Part shown: positions 9,616 through 19,681 of the stretch, piece after piece | How the letters are laid out: the number at the start of each line of letters is the position of its first letter | Numbering within the stretch: position 1 is the stretch's first letter | Assembly: GCA_965248205.1 (NCBI GenBank) | Contig: CBDFIS010000006.1 | Location: 6,224,662 to 6,288,661 of the forward strand | From: Bryobacterales bacterium | Lineage (GTDB): Bacteria; Acidobacteriota; Terriglobia; Bryobacterales; UBA6623 | Direction: 5' to 3' | DNA: 64,000 bases | Made by a program: the position numbers and the translations under genes | The notes under the pieces: generated by a model | Seen by the model: the letters and a program-made list of their open reading frames with translations, nothing else | Database searches by the model: none | Told to the model about the DNA's origin: nothing

Positions 9616-9734
9616 ACCCTAGCTCCTAATCATTTGGTTACTTGACTTCAACGAAACTTTAACACGACTGGGTGCCGCGCTCGTCGACGGTTTACGACCG
9701 CAGCTTGGCCGGTGCCAGCGAGAAAGCACTCCAG

Positions 9735-10271
9735 CTAGAACTCCTTGGTGGGCTCCTCGGAAGTGGAATCGTCCTTACGAAGCTTGCGGGCAAGCTCCCG
9801 AACCCGCCGGAAGGAAGGAGTTTCTACAATCTCGCGGACCTGCTCGTCGGTCCGCTGTTCGTCAAGCTGCAAGATCTCGCGGATGGCGAGCCCCGGTCGC
9901 ATCATCGTTATCGTCGATTCGTCCTGGCCCGCCAACCGTGACTGACGGAAACGGAGTTTCGGGCCGCTGGGGCCAAGCTGAAGTATAGTTCCGTCTTGCA
10001 ATGGCCATTGCTCTACCAACTCGTCGGCGACGAGCGTTCCGTGCCTGCCATTGGAAACGAGTTCCCATCCTTTTGCGCGCAGATGCAATTCCACGTGAAG
10101 GCGAGAGACTTGAGGGTCGCCGAGCGTGATGTCGTTGTCATTGGAGCGGCCGATCCTTATGAGCGATTGCTTGCTGAATTGCCAGCTTTGGATCGCATGC
10201 CCCCGCATGGGGTCAAGCAACTCGAGGAACACGCTGCTGTCCGCCGGTGTCGATGGGATTTCTGCTTGCAT
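9735..10271 (-). CDS. FHA domain-containing protein
   Basis: 178-aa ORF. The FHA core is IRIGRSNDNDITLGDPQVSRLHVELHLRAKGWELVSNGRHGTLVADELV, followed by a charged C-terminal tail. Confidence 0.85.
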   Translation of the reverse strand: MQAEIPSTPADSSVFLELLDPMRGHAIQSWQFSKQSLIRIGRSNDNDITLGDPQVSRLHVELHLRAKGWELVSNGRHGTLVADELVEQWPLQDGTILQLGPSGPKLRFRQSRLAGQDESTITMMRPGLAIREILQLDEQRTDEQVREIVETPSFRRVRELARKLRKDDSTSEEPTKEF

Positions 10272-10716
10272 GGACGAGCCCCCACACGTTGTGCCAAGGG
10301 TTGCCGCAGAATCTATGTGGGTACCAGCGTAACATCCTTAGCCGCGAAACGGGTACGGCTGGGTCGTAGGTCCTGAGCACCGAACTTCTCGGTTTGCTCG
10401 TCGTGAGATCGTGAGCACGCTAACGACCAGTTAGCCTACAAGCAGCCAGTTTTCCGTTGCCCCTGCTATTCGCCGGCCCGTACGTGACCAGCGTGGTTAT
10501 TCGCGATCGTGTGCCGTCCGGTGATCCCGAACCCAGGGGTCTTTGTGAGCGACCAGGCCCCTCTGCTGATGTTGGTGCGATCGCCTAACCCTGCAACGCA
10601 GACTGACCGTTTAGATCTGCCTCGCAACGCGCTCCCTAGGAGCCATGGCGGGATCGATTCAACGCCGCGAGCAAGTCCTTCACCGTGCCCGAAGATGCTA
10701 CAATCCCGCACGTCCG

Positions 10717-11826
10717 ATGAACTCAAGCAGAAAAGGGTTTGGCCGTCACCGCATCAGCCAATGCATGTTGGTCTTGATGGCACTGCTCTTCGTCCTCGCG
10801 AAGTTCTACTTTTTCCACGACATCTACACGCTGATTCTTTTTGTCGCTGCCATCGGTTTTGTCCTGGTTGGCGGGGGATGGAGTCGGTGGATAATTGCGA
10901 CGTTGCTGATTTGCTCGGGGCTGTACTGGTCGAGGTTGGAGCGGGAGGGTTGTTCTTTGTCGTGGAGGATCTCCACTCTTGCATCCTTCACCGCTGGCTC
11001 TTTACCACAGCTCGGCTGGCGGGAGGCTGCCAAGATCGCAATCACCCGTGACCACTGCTTCTCGCCCGAAGGGAAGGATCGTTGGGTCGCGGACTCAATT
11101 GAACTACTGGGAGAGCAAGCGTGGGAGGGGCATGACTTACGCCAATATGGTACGCCGCTGGGAAGGTTCTGGATTCCGGGCGGCGAGACTCGCACCTTGG
11201 AATGGCTACTGTGGGAGATCCCTGTGTATCAAACCTACGATAGCGGAGAAAACAGGGTCAGCGCTGGAGACACGGTCATTGACTGCGGTGCTCACATTGG
11301 TGTGTTCACGCGCTACGCCCTGAACAAAGGTGCCGGCCGCGTCGTGGCGATCGAACCCAATCCGGTCAACATCGCCTGTCTTAAGCGCAACTTCGCCGAG
11401 GAGATTGAGAATGGAAGTGTGACTGTCGTTGAGGTGGGCTTGGGGAAAGAGATTTCTTCCCTCGAACTCGCTGTCCACGAACATGACACAGCCCGTTCTG
11501 TAATCACCCCACATGATCTACCCGGCACGCACAAGATTACCGTTCCGATCGTGCCGCTCGACAACGTAGTCGAAAACCTTGCTCTGGAGAGGATTGACTT
11601 CATCAAGATGGATATCGAGGGGTCGGAGAGGTGGGGTCTGGAAGGCGGTCAGGGGACCATTAAGCGTTTTCATCCCCAACTGGCCATTAGTACTTATCAC
11701 CACGAAGACGATCCCGCAGCTGTAACCGAAGAAGTGTTGAAGGCCCACCCGGGCTACGGGATCCATGGGAAAGGGATCGGTGTCGCCAATGGAGTGGTTC
11801 AGCCGAAGATTCTTTTCTTCGACTAG
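10717..11826 (+). CDS. FkbM-family SAM-dependent methyltransferase with N-terminal transmembrane segments
   Basis: The track ORF starts at 10645. I prefer ATG 10717 (MNSSRKGFGRH...), which is followed by hydrophobic helices. The C-terminal half has the FkbM pattern VIDCGAHIGVFTRYALNKGAGRVVAIEPNP...IDFIKMDIEGSE. Confidence 0.8.
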   Translation: MNSSRKGFGRHRISQCMLVLMALLFVLAKFYFFHDIYTLILFVAAIGFVLVGGGWSRWIIATLLICSGLYWSRLEREGCSLSWRISTLASFTAGSLPQLGWREAAKIAITRDHCFSPEGKDRWVADSIELLGEQAWEGHDLRQYGTPLGRFWIPGGETRTLEWLLWEIPVYQTYDSGENRVSAGDTVIDCGAHIGVFTRYALNKGAGRVVAIEPNPVNIACLKRNFAEEIENGSVTVVEVGLGKEISSLELAVHEHDTARSVITPHDLPGTHKITVPIVPLDNVVENLALERIDFIKMDIEGSERWGLEGGQGTIKRFHPQLAISTYHHEDDPAAVTEEVLKAHPGYGIHGKGIGVANGVVQPKILFFD

Positions 11827-11955
11827 AGGGGCGTAGCGAGGGCCAGGCCAGGGCCGCGAGGGTCGGAATCCGAAAATACGAGAGACTGCCCCTCGACACC
11901 ACGCGGAGAATGTTACAATCCGACGGGGATAAATCAGGCGAGGGGAGGAATTGAC

Positions 11956-12657
11956 ATGAAGAGAACGTGGAAGGCCAACGGAAGCGCTGTTTGGGTTTTT
12001 CTACTGGCAACTCTACTCATAGCGGTCGGCTGCGAGGGCGGGGGAGAGTCGCCAACGGAGGCTGATGTTGCCGCCGAGCAGGCGAAAAAAGAGGCGATGG
12101 AGAAGAAGAAGAAGCCGGAGCCGCTAACCGGCAAGCACGTGGTGATCATGGAGACCACCAAAGGCACGGTGAAGATGGAACTCGACGCCGACAAGGCGCC
12201 GAAAACGGTCGAGAATTTCGTCGGCTACATGGACCGCAGGTTCTATGACGCCACGATCTTCCACCGCGTGGTCAAGCGGTTCATGGTGCAGGGTGGTGGC
12301 TTCACTTTCGATTTGAAACGAAAGATGAACCGGGGTTCCATTGAGAACGAATCTGACAACGGGCTGAAGAACTTGAAAGGCGCGGTGTCGATGGCTCGAG
12401 GAAAGGACCCCCAGAGTGCAACCACACAGTTCTTTATCAACCTCAAAAACAACTCGAGCTTGGACCGCGGCCATCCCAAGGGCGACGGAACGGGCTATTG
12501 CGTATTCGGCAAGGTCATTGAAGGGATGGAGGTCATCGAAGAGATCGGCAAGGTGAAGACCACCGAGCAGCGTTCAAGAAAGAACGTTCCGGTAGTGCCC
12601 GTTTTCATCAAGTCCATCCGGCGCGCTCCTCCCGCTGAGGCCGAGATGTCGGGATAG
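11956..12657 (+). CDS. Cyclophilin-type peptidyl-prolyl cis-trans isomerase, probable lipoprotein
   Basis: 233-aa ORF with a lipobox-like LLIAVGCEGG. Cyclophilin motifs are present: FHRVVKRFMVQGGGF, SMARGKDPQSATTQFFINL, YCVFGKVIEGMEVI. Confidence 0.9.
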   Translation: MKRTWKANGSAVWVFLLATLLIAVGCEGGGESPTEADVAAEQAKKEAMEKKKKPEPLTGKHVVIMETTKGTVKMELDADKAPKTVENFVGYMDRRFYDATIFHRVVKRFMVQGGGFTFDLKRKMNRGSIENESDNGLKNLKGAVSMARGKDPQSATTQFFINLKNNSSLDRGHPKGDGTGYCVFGKVIEGMEVIEEIGKVKTTEQRSRKNVPVVPVFIKSIRRAPPAEAEMSG

Positions 12658-12792
12658 CGGTAGCCGCTTGACCGTCGAGGCTGCCCGGCATGAGCGCCGG
12701 CGCACGTGTACCCGGCGGGGCCTCGACTCGCAAGGACTTCCCTAACGAAGTGAGGTGCCGATCCCAACGAAGGAATGTACGGCATCGTGCTG

Positions 12793-13605
12793 CTAGTGGG
12801 TCATCGCGTAGACGATGTAGTTGATACCAAGCCGGTAGGACATGGCCGTGTAGCGCTCCGGGTATTCCGGCCAGTCGGCGTGTTCCCAGGCATCGCCTAG
12901 GTCCATGTTGAAGTTGATCAGCACCATCAAGCGGCCCTCATCGTCGTAGATGCCCCTCCAGTGCGGAGTAACGCCGTCTCGTTCGTAGGTGCGGCCCGTG
13001 TAGAGCATCTGCGCCCCAGGGATCTGCTCCTTGGGTGCGAGATCGTAGAGCACGTGAAAGACTTCGTCGCCGGGGTCAACCTCGACAACCGGGCGGTCGG
13101 GGAAGATCTTTCGCATACCCTGCATGAACAGGGCCCACTCGAAGGTGCCGTGGAAGTCGTCGAGGACCATGAATCCTCCACGCAGAAGGTACTCGCGGAT
13201 CCGCTCAGCCTCTTCGTCGCTGAGTTGCCACCAGCCAGGTTCGACGACATAAAGCCACGGATAGTCAAAGAGGTCGTCGTCGGTGGCGCTGATCAAGACC
13301 TCCTTGGATCGGCAGTCGACGTTTGACAGCCGGCGCAGACCCTGGAGAAAGTGCCGTTCCGCGGCCGGGGCGTCGATCATACAGGGCCGGTCCCGCAGAG
13401 GGCGATCCCCGAAACCGTCGGAATAGATCAGTCGAGCGAAGTAAAACTCGGCCGGTACGTCGCCGTCGGGAGGTTCGGGCATGTCCATCCGAAAGAACGG
13501 AATCGGGACGCCTCGGTAAGTTCGCTGGGCGAACAGGACCCCGCCAACAAGCGTCAGGAGCAGCAGAATCGAGGCCCAGGGTTTAACGCTCAACGGGCTG
13601 CTCAT
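12793..13605 (-). CDS. DUF4159 domain-containing protein
   Basis: The track ORF runs to 13665. I prefer ATG at 13605 (MSSPLSVKPWASILLLLTLVGGV, a signal/anchor). The body matches the DUF4159 pattern as I remember it: FYFARLIYSDG, DYPWLYVVEPGWWQLSDEEAERIREYLLRGGFMVLDDFHG..W..F...MRKIFPDRP. Confidence 0.75.
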   Translation of the reverse strand: MSSPLSVKPWASILLLLTLVGGVLFAQRTYRGVPIPFFRMDMPEPPDGDVPAEFYFARLIYSDGFGDRPLRDRPCMIDAPAAERHFLQGLRRLSNVDCRSKEVLISATDDDLFDYPWLYVVEPGWWQLSDEEAERIREYLLRGGFMVLDDFHGTFEWALFMQGMRKIFPDRPVVEVDPGDEVFHVLYDLAPKEQIPGAQMLYTGRTYERDGVTPHWRGIYDDEGRLMVLINFNMDLGDAWEHADWPEYPERYTAMSYRLGINYIVYAMTH

Positions 13606-14010
13606 GTGCTCAGGATAGCACGCGGTTTCCGAGCCTCCTGAGCCCGGGGAAACGCCCTTCTCCACAGGTTCAGTGTGTGACCTCGAGGGTGTAGTAGGTC
13701 GACTAGTCCAATGGTATCGACATGTGGCTTCGGCGCCTGGGATTTCACGTTTCCGTTGGTCCTAGCCTCCTCGCTCCCGGGGAACAAGTGCGGCGCGCCC
13801 CACGGATTCGGCCAACCCCTGAGCGCTCGATTGATTGTCTTTGAGGCGCTTTCGATATACGATTAAGGATCTGCCGAACCCTGTCGGTGGCGCTTCGCTA
13901 TCGATCGCTGCGGTGAGATCAGAGTTGGGTTTCAGCGATGTGGTCGCTTCTTCGTTGTGAGGGATGCGGTGGCGGCGGCCTTTGTAGATGTCCATTGAGA
14001 GCCAAGCATC

Positions 14011-15036
14011 GTGTCCCCTAAGAGAATCGGCGTAATCCTGTTCCAGCTCGGCGGCCCGGACTCTCCCGAGGCCATTGAGCCCTTCCTCTACAATCTGTTC
14101 TCCGATCCCGAGATTATCGACTTCCCGTTGGCTAAGATCGGCCGGCCGGCTTTGGCAAAGCTGATTTCTAAAGGTCGCGCACGCAAGGTGCGGGACCACT
14201 ATGCCGGCATTGGCGGGTCATCACCCATTCGGAAGTTTACGGAACAGCAAGCCGTAGCACTCGAAGAGGAGCTGCGCAAGCGTATCGATGCCCGGGTGTT
14301 TGTGGCCATGCGCTACTGGCACCCGATGACCGATGACGCGATTGAGAGAGCCCGCCGCGCGGGCTGCGACGAGTTGGTCTTGTTGCCTCTGTATCCGCAA
14401 TACTCGTCGACGACTACCGGGAGCAGCCTCAACGAGTGGAAACGCAGGTGCGGGTCGCTGGCGTTCATGCGCCCGACGCACCTGATTCGCGAATTCTACG
14501 ACTTCCCGCCTTACCTAGACTCGCTTGTCGATCGAATCAACCAGACCTTGAGGAAGTTCGATGATCCCGGGAGTGTGCACCTGGTGTTCAGTGCTCATAG
14601 CGTTCCGGTGAGCGTTATCGACGGGGGTGATCCTTATCGATCCCAAATTGAAGATACCGTACGCCTCGCGATGGAACGCGGCGGCTGGCCAAACACCACG
14701 ACAACCTGCTATCAGAGCAAGGTCGGCAATCGCAAGTGGTTGCAGCCTTCCCTCCACGAGACGATAAGTGGCCTGGGAGATTGCGGTACCGAAAGTGTCC
14801 TTGTCGTGCCGATTGCCTTTGTGTCGGATCACGTCGAGACCCTGGCTGAGATCGATATCGAGGCTCGGGAGGAGGCTGCCGAGCACGGGATCCGCCAATT
14901 CGAGATGATGCCCGGACTGAACGATGGCCCGCGCTTCATCCAGGCCATGGCGGCTTTAGTTTTCAACGCCATGGGTAAGGACGATCGAAAGCTATTCGTT
15001 CAGGCCGAGGCGGCCGGCGCCGGACGGTCCCCCTGA
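14011..15036 (+). CDS. hemH: Ferrochelatase
   Basis: 341-aa ORF with a GTG start. Motifs: IGVILFQLGGPDSPEAIEPFLYNLFSDPEII, LPLYPQYSSTTTGS, FSAHSVP, FVSDHVETL. Confidence 0.9.
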   Translation: MSPKRIGVILFQLGGPDSPEAIEPFLYNLFSDPEIIDFPLAKIGRPALAKLISKGRARKVRDHYAGIGGSSPIRKFTEQQAVALEEELRKRIDARVFVAMRYWHPMTDDAIERARRAGCDELVLLPLYPQYSSTTTGSSLNEWKRRCGSLAFMRPTHLIREFYDFPPYLDSLVDRINQTLRKFDDPGSVHLVFSAHSVPVSVIDGGDPYRSQIEDTVRLAMERGGWPNTTTTCYQSKVGNRKWLQPSLHETISGLGDCGTESVLVVPIAFVSDHVETLAEIDIEAREEAAEHGIRQFEMMPGLNDGPRFIQAMAALVFNAMGKDDRKLFVQAEAAGAGRSP

Positions 15037-15203
15037 GGTTGGCCAGGGCCGCCTCATCTTTCCGAACGTCGAGCCCCGAGCTGCTCAAATAACGTTCGTG
15101 CGACGCCGGCCATCAAACCGGTGTGGGAAAGCGGGCTGGGAAAGAGCCGGAGGACTGCACGGCCCGCCGGGTGGCTTCGACGGGCCGCGCGCAGTGGCAA
15201 AAA

Positions 15204-16625
15204 CTAGAGGTCGTAGTAGAGGTAAAATTCGTACGGCACAGGCCGTAGGTTTACCTCGGCGAGTTCGTTTTCTCGCTTGTAGCTAATCCAAGTGTCGATA
15301 ACGTCTTGGGTGAAGACGTCACCCCGCAGCAAGAACTCGTGGTCGTCCTCGAGCGCATCAAGCACCTCGCCCAATGAGCCGGGTGTACTCTTGAGATCGG
15401 CGGCTTCCTCGGGACCGAGATCGTAGAGATCCTTGTCCATTGGGTCGCCGGGATCAATCTTGTTGAGGACGCCATCCAGTCCCGCCATCAGCAGCGCTGA
15501 GAAGGCCAGGTACGGATTGCAGGACGGGTCAGGACAGCGGAACTCCATCCGCCTCGCGGCGGAGCTCGTCGAATACATAGGTATTCGGACGCAGGCCGAG
15601 CGGTTTCGCTGCGAATAGGCGATGTTGACCGGCGCCTCGTAGCCGGGGACCAACCGCCGGTAGGAGTTGGTCGTCGGAGCACAGAGGGCCAACAGAGCCG
15701 GCACGTGCTTGAGAATCCCCCCGATATAATGCATGGCGGTTTCGCTCAGCAGCCCGTATCCTGATTCGCTATAGAAAAGGTTGGCGCTGTCCTTCCACAG
15801 ACTCTGGTGTACGTGCATACCCGAGCCGTTGTCACCGAAAATCGGCTTGGGCATGAAGGTCACCGTCTTGCCGTGCTGCTTAGCGACGTTGCGAAGAACA
15901 TACTTGTAGTACATGAGGCTGTCGGCCATATGAGTCAGCGTGTTGTAGCGCAAGTCGATCTCGCCCTGGCCGGCGGTTCCCACCTCATGATGGTGAACTT
16001 CGACCCTTACGCCGAACTCTTTCAGGCGAAGGATCACTTCCGAGCGGAAGTCTTGCAATGAATCGGCCGGCGGAACTGGGAAGTAGCCTTCTTTGTGCCT
16101 CAGCTTGTAGCCGAGGTTGGGGCCCTCGGCTCTTCCCGTGTTCCAAGCGCCCTCGGCTGAATCGATGGAGTAAAAGGCTGTGTTGGCAGCCTGGTCATAG
16201 CGCACGTCATCGAAGACGTAGAACTCGGCTTCCGGTCCCCAGTAGCTGAGATCGGCCACGCCGGACCCTTTCAGGTACGTCTCGGCTTTCTGCGCGATGT
16301 AGCGCGGGTCACGGGTGTAGGGTTGGCGTGTGATGGGGTCCTGCACGTTGCAAATAAGGCTCAACGTCGGAACAGAGCGTAGCGGGTCGACACGGGCGGT
16401 TTCCGGGTCGGGGATAAGGAGCATGTCGCTTTCTTGGATCTCTTGGAATCCCCGGACGCTCGAGCCGTCAAATCCGAGACCGTCCTCGAAGATGTCGTCC
16501 GTTAGGTCTTCGACCGGGAACGAGAAGTGTTGCCATACCCCGGGCAAATCGATGAATTTCACATCGACGATCTTGACGTCGGCTTTCTCGGCTAGTTGCC
16601 TGACGTCGGTTGGCGTTTTAGGCAT
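15204..16625 (-). CDS. glnA: Glutamine synthetase type I (paralogue 1)
   Basis: Start placed at ATG 16625 ([14 protein letters not shown]...). Canonical GS motifs are present: [42 protein letters not shown]. The adenylylation-loop tyrosine context is [10 protein letters not shown]. Confidence 0.95.
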   Translation of the reverse strand: MPKTPTDVRQLAEKADVKIVDVKFIDLPGVWQHFSFPVEDLTDDIFEDGLGFDGSSVRGFQEIQESDMLLIPDPETARVDPLRSVPTLSLICNVQDPITRQPYTRDPRYIAQKAETYLKGSGVADLSYWGPEAEFYVFDDVRYDQAANTAFYSIDSAEGAWNTGRAEGPNLGYKLRHKEGYFPVPPADSLQDFRSEVILRLKEFGVRVEVHHHEVGTAGQGEIDLRYNTLTHMADSLMYYKYVLRNVAKQHGKTVTFMPKPIFGDNGSGMHVHQSLWKDSANLFYSESGYGLLSETAMHYIGGILKHVPALLALCAPTTNSYRRLVPGYEAPVNIAYSQRNRSACVRIPMYSTSSAARRMEFRCPDPSCNPYLAFSALLMAGLDGVLNKIDPGDPMDKDLYDLGPEEAADLKSTPGSLGEVLDALEDDHEFLLRGDVFTQDVIDTWISYKRENELAEVNLRPVPYEFYLYYDL

Positions 16626-16893
16626 ATTCGATTCTCTCCTGTCTGGCGGATAAGTTGGTGCTGTCTGTCGCCCCCCTCGGAACAAGCTGAGTCTTCGACC
16701 AGCCGCCGGACAGGGCGCGGAAACTGAGAATTATAAACTTCGCTCGGCCTGGCCGCAAGCAGTTGGGCCGAACCGAGCCATCTTCTTTCAAGCCGATGCA
16801 CTCCGAATGGCTTGGGCACTGCTGGGCAGTTGCGCCCTCTGAGGCTCTACCGGCCGCAAAGTGCAGCCAGTCGTAGGTAGGGGCCGGCTGCCT

Positions 16894-18315
16894 CTAGATG
16901 TCGTAGTACAGCGAAAACTCATAAGGATGGGGCCTTTGCCGCACCTCTTCCACTTCCTTTTTCATCTTGTAGTCGATCCAGGTTTCGATGACCTCCTCGG
17001 TAAAGACGTCTTGCCGCGTCAGGAACTCGTGGTCATTTTCGAGAGCCTCCAGCGCGCCGTCAAGCGAAGTGGGCAGGGCGGGTACCTGCTGCAGCTCTTC
17101 CGGTGACAGGTCGTAGATATCCTTATCGAGTGGTTCGCCCGGATCAATCTTGTTCTGGATACCGTCAAGGCCGGCCATCAACATCGCCGCAAACGCCAAG
17201 TAGGGGTTGCAGGCCGGGTCCGGCGGTCGGAATTCCACCCGCTTCGCCTTCGGATCGGACGAATACATCGGGATACGGCACGCGGCCGAACGGTTACGCC
17301 GGGAATATGCCAAGTTCACAGGCGCCTCGAAGCCCGGGACCAGTCGTTTGAAGCTGTTGGTCGTTGGGGCTGCGAAGGCCACGACCGCCGGAGCATGCTT
17401 GAGCAGCCCCCCGATGTAGTAGAGAGCGGTTTCACTCAGCCCGGCATACTGGTCGCCCGCGAAGAGCGACTCGCTGTCCCTCCACAGGCTTTGATGCGTA
17501 TGCATGCCGCTGCCGTTGTCGTTCCACAGGGGCTTGGGCATGAAAGTGACCGTGTGTCCGTAACGAAAGGCCACGTTGCGCACCACGTACTTGTAGATCA
17601 TCATGTTGTCGGCGGAGCGGACCAAGGAGTCATACTTCTGGTCGATCTCGCCCTGTCCGCCTGTGGCCACTTCGTGGTGATGGCATTCGACGGTCAGTCC
17701 GCAACGCTCCATAGTGGTGACCATCTCCGTGCGGATGTTTTGATGGTGATCGGTCGGGGGTACGGGAAAGTAACCTTCTTTGTAGCGGGGCCGGTAGCCC
17801 AGATTGTCCTTCCTGCGACTCGAGTTCCAGCGGCCTTCCTCCGCATCAATGTAATAGAAGCCGTATTGATGGGACTGATCGAAACTGATGTTGTCGAAGA
17901 TGAAGAATTCTGCCTCGGCGCCGAAATAAGCCACGTCACCGATACCGGTGTAGCGCAGGTGCTGCTCGGCTTTCCGGGCAATCCAGCGCGGGTCCCGCGC
18001 ATAATGCTGCTTGGTTATCGGATCGACTACGTCGGTAACCATCACCAGCGTTGGCACATCGGTAAACGGATCCATCATCGCGGTGCTGGGATCGGGGACG
18101 ATCAGCATGTCGCTTTCACTGATCGCTTGCCACCCGCGGATACTAGAGCCGTCGAAGCCAAACCCGTCCACAAAGGTGCTCTCGGATAGCTGTGAGATGG
18201 GAAAAGTGACGTGCTGCCACAGCCCGGGCAGGTCGGCGAAGCGTAGGTCCAACATGCGGGCTTCGTTTTCGTCCGCAAATGCCAGGACCTCTTCCGGAGT
18301 TTTCGTCCGTTTCAT
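16894..18315 (-). CDS. glnA: Glutamine synthetase type I (paralogue 2)
   Basis: Start placed at ATG 18315 ([16 protein letters not shown]...). The 115-codon upstream extension in the track ORF has no GS similarity. It carries the same GS motifs as paralogue 1 ([35 protein letters not shown]) and is colinear with it over the full length, with a majority of positions identical by eye. Confidence 0.95.
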   Translation of the reverse strand: MKRTKTPEEVLAFADENEARMLDLRFADLPGLWQHVTFPISQLSESTFVDGFGFDGSSIRGWQAISESDMLIVPDPSTAMMDPFTDVPTLVMVTDVVDPITKQHYARDPRWIARKAEQHLRYTGIGDVAYFGAEAEFFIFDNISFDQSHQYGFYYIDAEEGRWNSSRRKDNLGYRPRYKEGYFPVPPTDHHQNIRTEMVTTMERCGLTVECHHHEVATGGQGEIDQKYDSLVRSADNMMIYKYVVRNVAFRYGHTVTFMPKPLWNDNGSGMHTHQSLWRDSESLFAGDQYAGLSETALYYIGGLLKHAPAVVAFAAPTTNSFKRLVPGFEAPVNLAYSRRNRSAACRIPMYSSDPKAKRVEFRPPDPACNPYLAFAAMLMAGLDGIQNKIDPGEPLDKDIYDLSPEELQQVPALPTSLDGALEALENDHEFLTRQDVFTEEVIETWIDYKMKKEVEEVRQRPHPYEFSLYYDI

Positions 18316-18838
18316 TCGCTTCTCTGGTGCGGTGGGCCCCTTACTGTTGAGTCCAATTATCCAGTGTCGAAAAACGTCAATCCTACCACAGTGGCTAGCG
18401 CCGGCCCATGGGTTATTTATCCCGATAGAAACTTTTGATGGAGGTCCGCCGACGAAGCTCGGGTCTGCGGCACTTTCTCCCATGTCATGAACACGTTGCG
18501 ACTCTTTCCGGACCCCAGCTAGACCGGCGAGAGCTGACGACTCAGCGCCCCTTGGAGCCGTAGGGGGAATTACCCAAAGCCTTAGTGCGAATCGCTGATA
18601 CCTCGACCCAGCGGTGTTGCCTACATTGAAAGTGAGTGGCTCCCTGCGGACGCCGTGCATCCTTCTGGCTCCACCGGATTTGCGGATCCTTACAGAACAG
18701 CTTGGGCTGACGATAAGTAGGCTACCAGCCTGGACTTAAGCTCTGCCCGTTTGCCCCCCGGGTGTAGGGTTTCGCCGAACAGTCTGTCAGAATGAGACGG
18801 AGCGGCGAGCTGCAGGTCGTTTTCGGGGCGAGGAATGT

Positions 18839-19672
18839 ATGCAGAAAAAACTACTGATCGTCATCGGGGTGGGGTTAGTTGCGGCTACAGCGTCGACGTA
18901 CCTTTTCTATCAGTTTCTTTCGGACAGCGCCGAAAGCAGGACTGGCGGCGTTGAAATCCGCCACTCCATTGTCGTGGCCGCGCGAGATCTCGATCGCGGT
19001 GCCCAACTTAAGCCCTCCGATCTAACCGTGGCGCCGTGGGCGAGCGAGAACCTCCCCGCCGGGGTTTTTACCGAACAGGCGGAGCTGGTCGGTAAGATCC
19101 TCGCGCACGACGTTCGTCAATACGAGCCGCTCATGGACTCGCGGCTTTCGATGGGCAGTGGAGGAAGCGCGGCAGGGCGAGTCCCACCGGGAATGCGAGC
19201 TGTCTCTGTTGACTTGGTGGAGTATGCCGGCGTCAACTTTCTACTAGGGCCGGGTGACCGGGTAGACGTGATGGTTTCCAACGGTCCGCCCTCCAACGGA
19301 AACCAAAAGCTGCACATCAAGACCGTTCTGCAAAACATCGAAGTGTTGGCCACGGGACGTGAGCCGGTCGATGACGGCCGGCGAAGTCAACGCCCTGTTG
19401 CGACGCTGTTGGTGCATGCCGAAGACGCCGAGGCCCTTAGCATTGCCGATCATGCGGGCTTTATCCGGCTTGCGTTGCGCAATCCCTTGGACGGAGAGCA
19501 CCAAATAACCTCAGGTGGTCGTCTTTCAGACGTCACCGCACGGTCGCCGGCGCGTTCAAGACGCAGCGGCGAGAAACGCACAGCTGGCGGGGGGACCCGG
19601 ACGGTGCCTCGCGATCCATCCGCACAGCGCAGCCTGAGCGAGGCGGACGTCGCCGTTCTGCGCAAGAAATAG
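18839..19672 (+). CDS. cpaB: Flp/Tad pilus assembly protein CpaB (RcpC family)
   Basis: 277-aa ORF with an N-terminal TM (LLIVIGVGLVAATASTYLFY). It has SAF-like and RcpC-like segments (VVVAARDLDRGAQLKPSDL, PGMRAVSV, PGDRVDVMV, QNIEVLA). It lies immediately upstream of cpaF. Confidence 0.8.
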   Translation: MQKKLLIVIGVGLVAATASTYLFYQFLSDSAESRTGGVEIRHSIVVAARDLDRGAQLKPSDLTVAPWASENLPAGVFTEQAELVGKILAHDVRQYEPLMDSRLSMGSGGSAAGRVPPGMRAVSVDLVEYAGVNFLLGPGDRVDVMVSNGPPSNGNQKLHIKTVLQNIEVLATGREPVDDGRRSQRPVATLLVHAEDAEALSIADHAGFIRLALRNPLDGEHQITSGGRLSDVTARSPARSRRSGEKRTAGGGTRTVPRDPSAQRSLSEADVAVLRKK

Positions 19673-19681
19673 CGGCGGGTT

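Noticed and set aside
13762-14199. 145-aa minus-strand ORF overlapping the hemH start
   Set aside because: It overlaps the well-supported ferrochelatase N-terminus in antisense and has no motifs.
17395-18189. 264-aa plus-strand ORF inside glnA paralogue 2, and N-terminal extensions of both glnA ORFs (to 16685 and 18660)
   Set aside because: This is a shadow ORF. The extensions have no GS homology. Both proteins begin naturally at MPKTPTD... and MKRTKTPEE..., aligned with each other.
16626-18838. Sigma-54 (TGGCAC-N5-TTGC) promoter or glutamine riboswitch upstream of the glnA genes
   Set aside because: Scanning by eye found no correctly spaced GG/GC element on the minus strand and no structure I could assign. 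I cannot exclude one without a matrix or covariance-model search.
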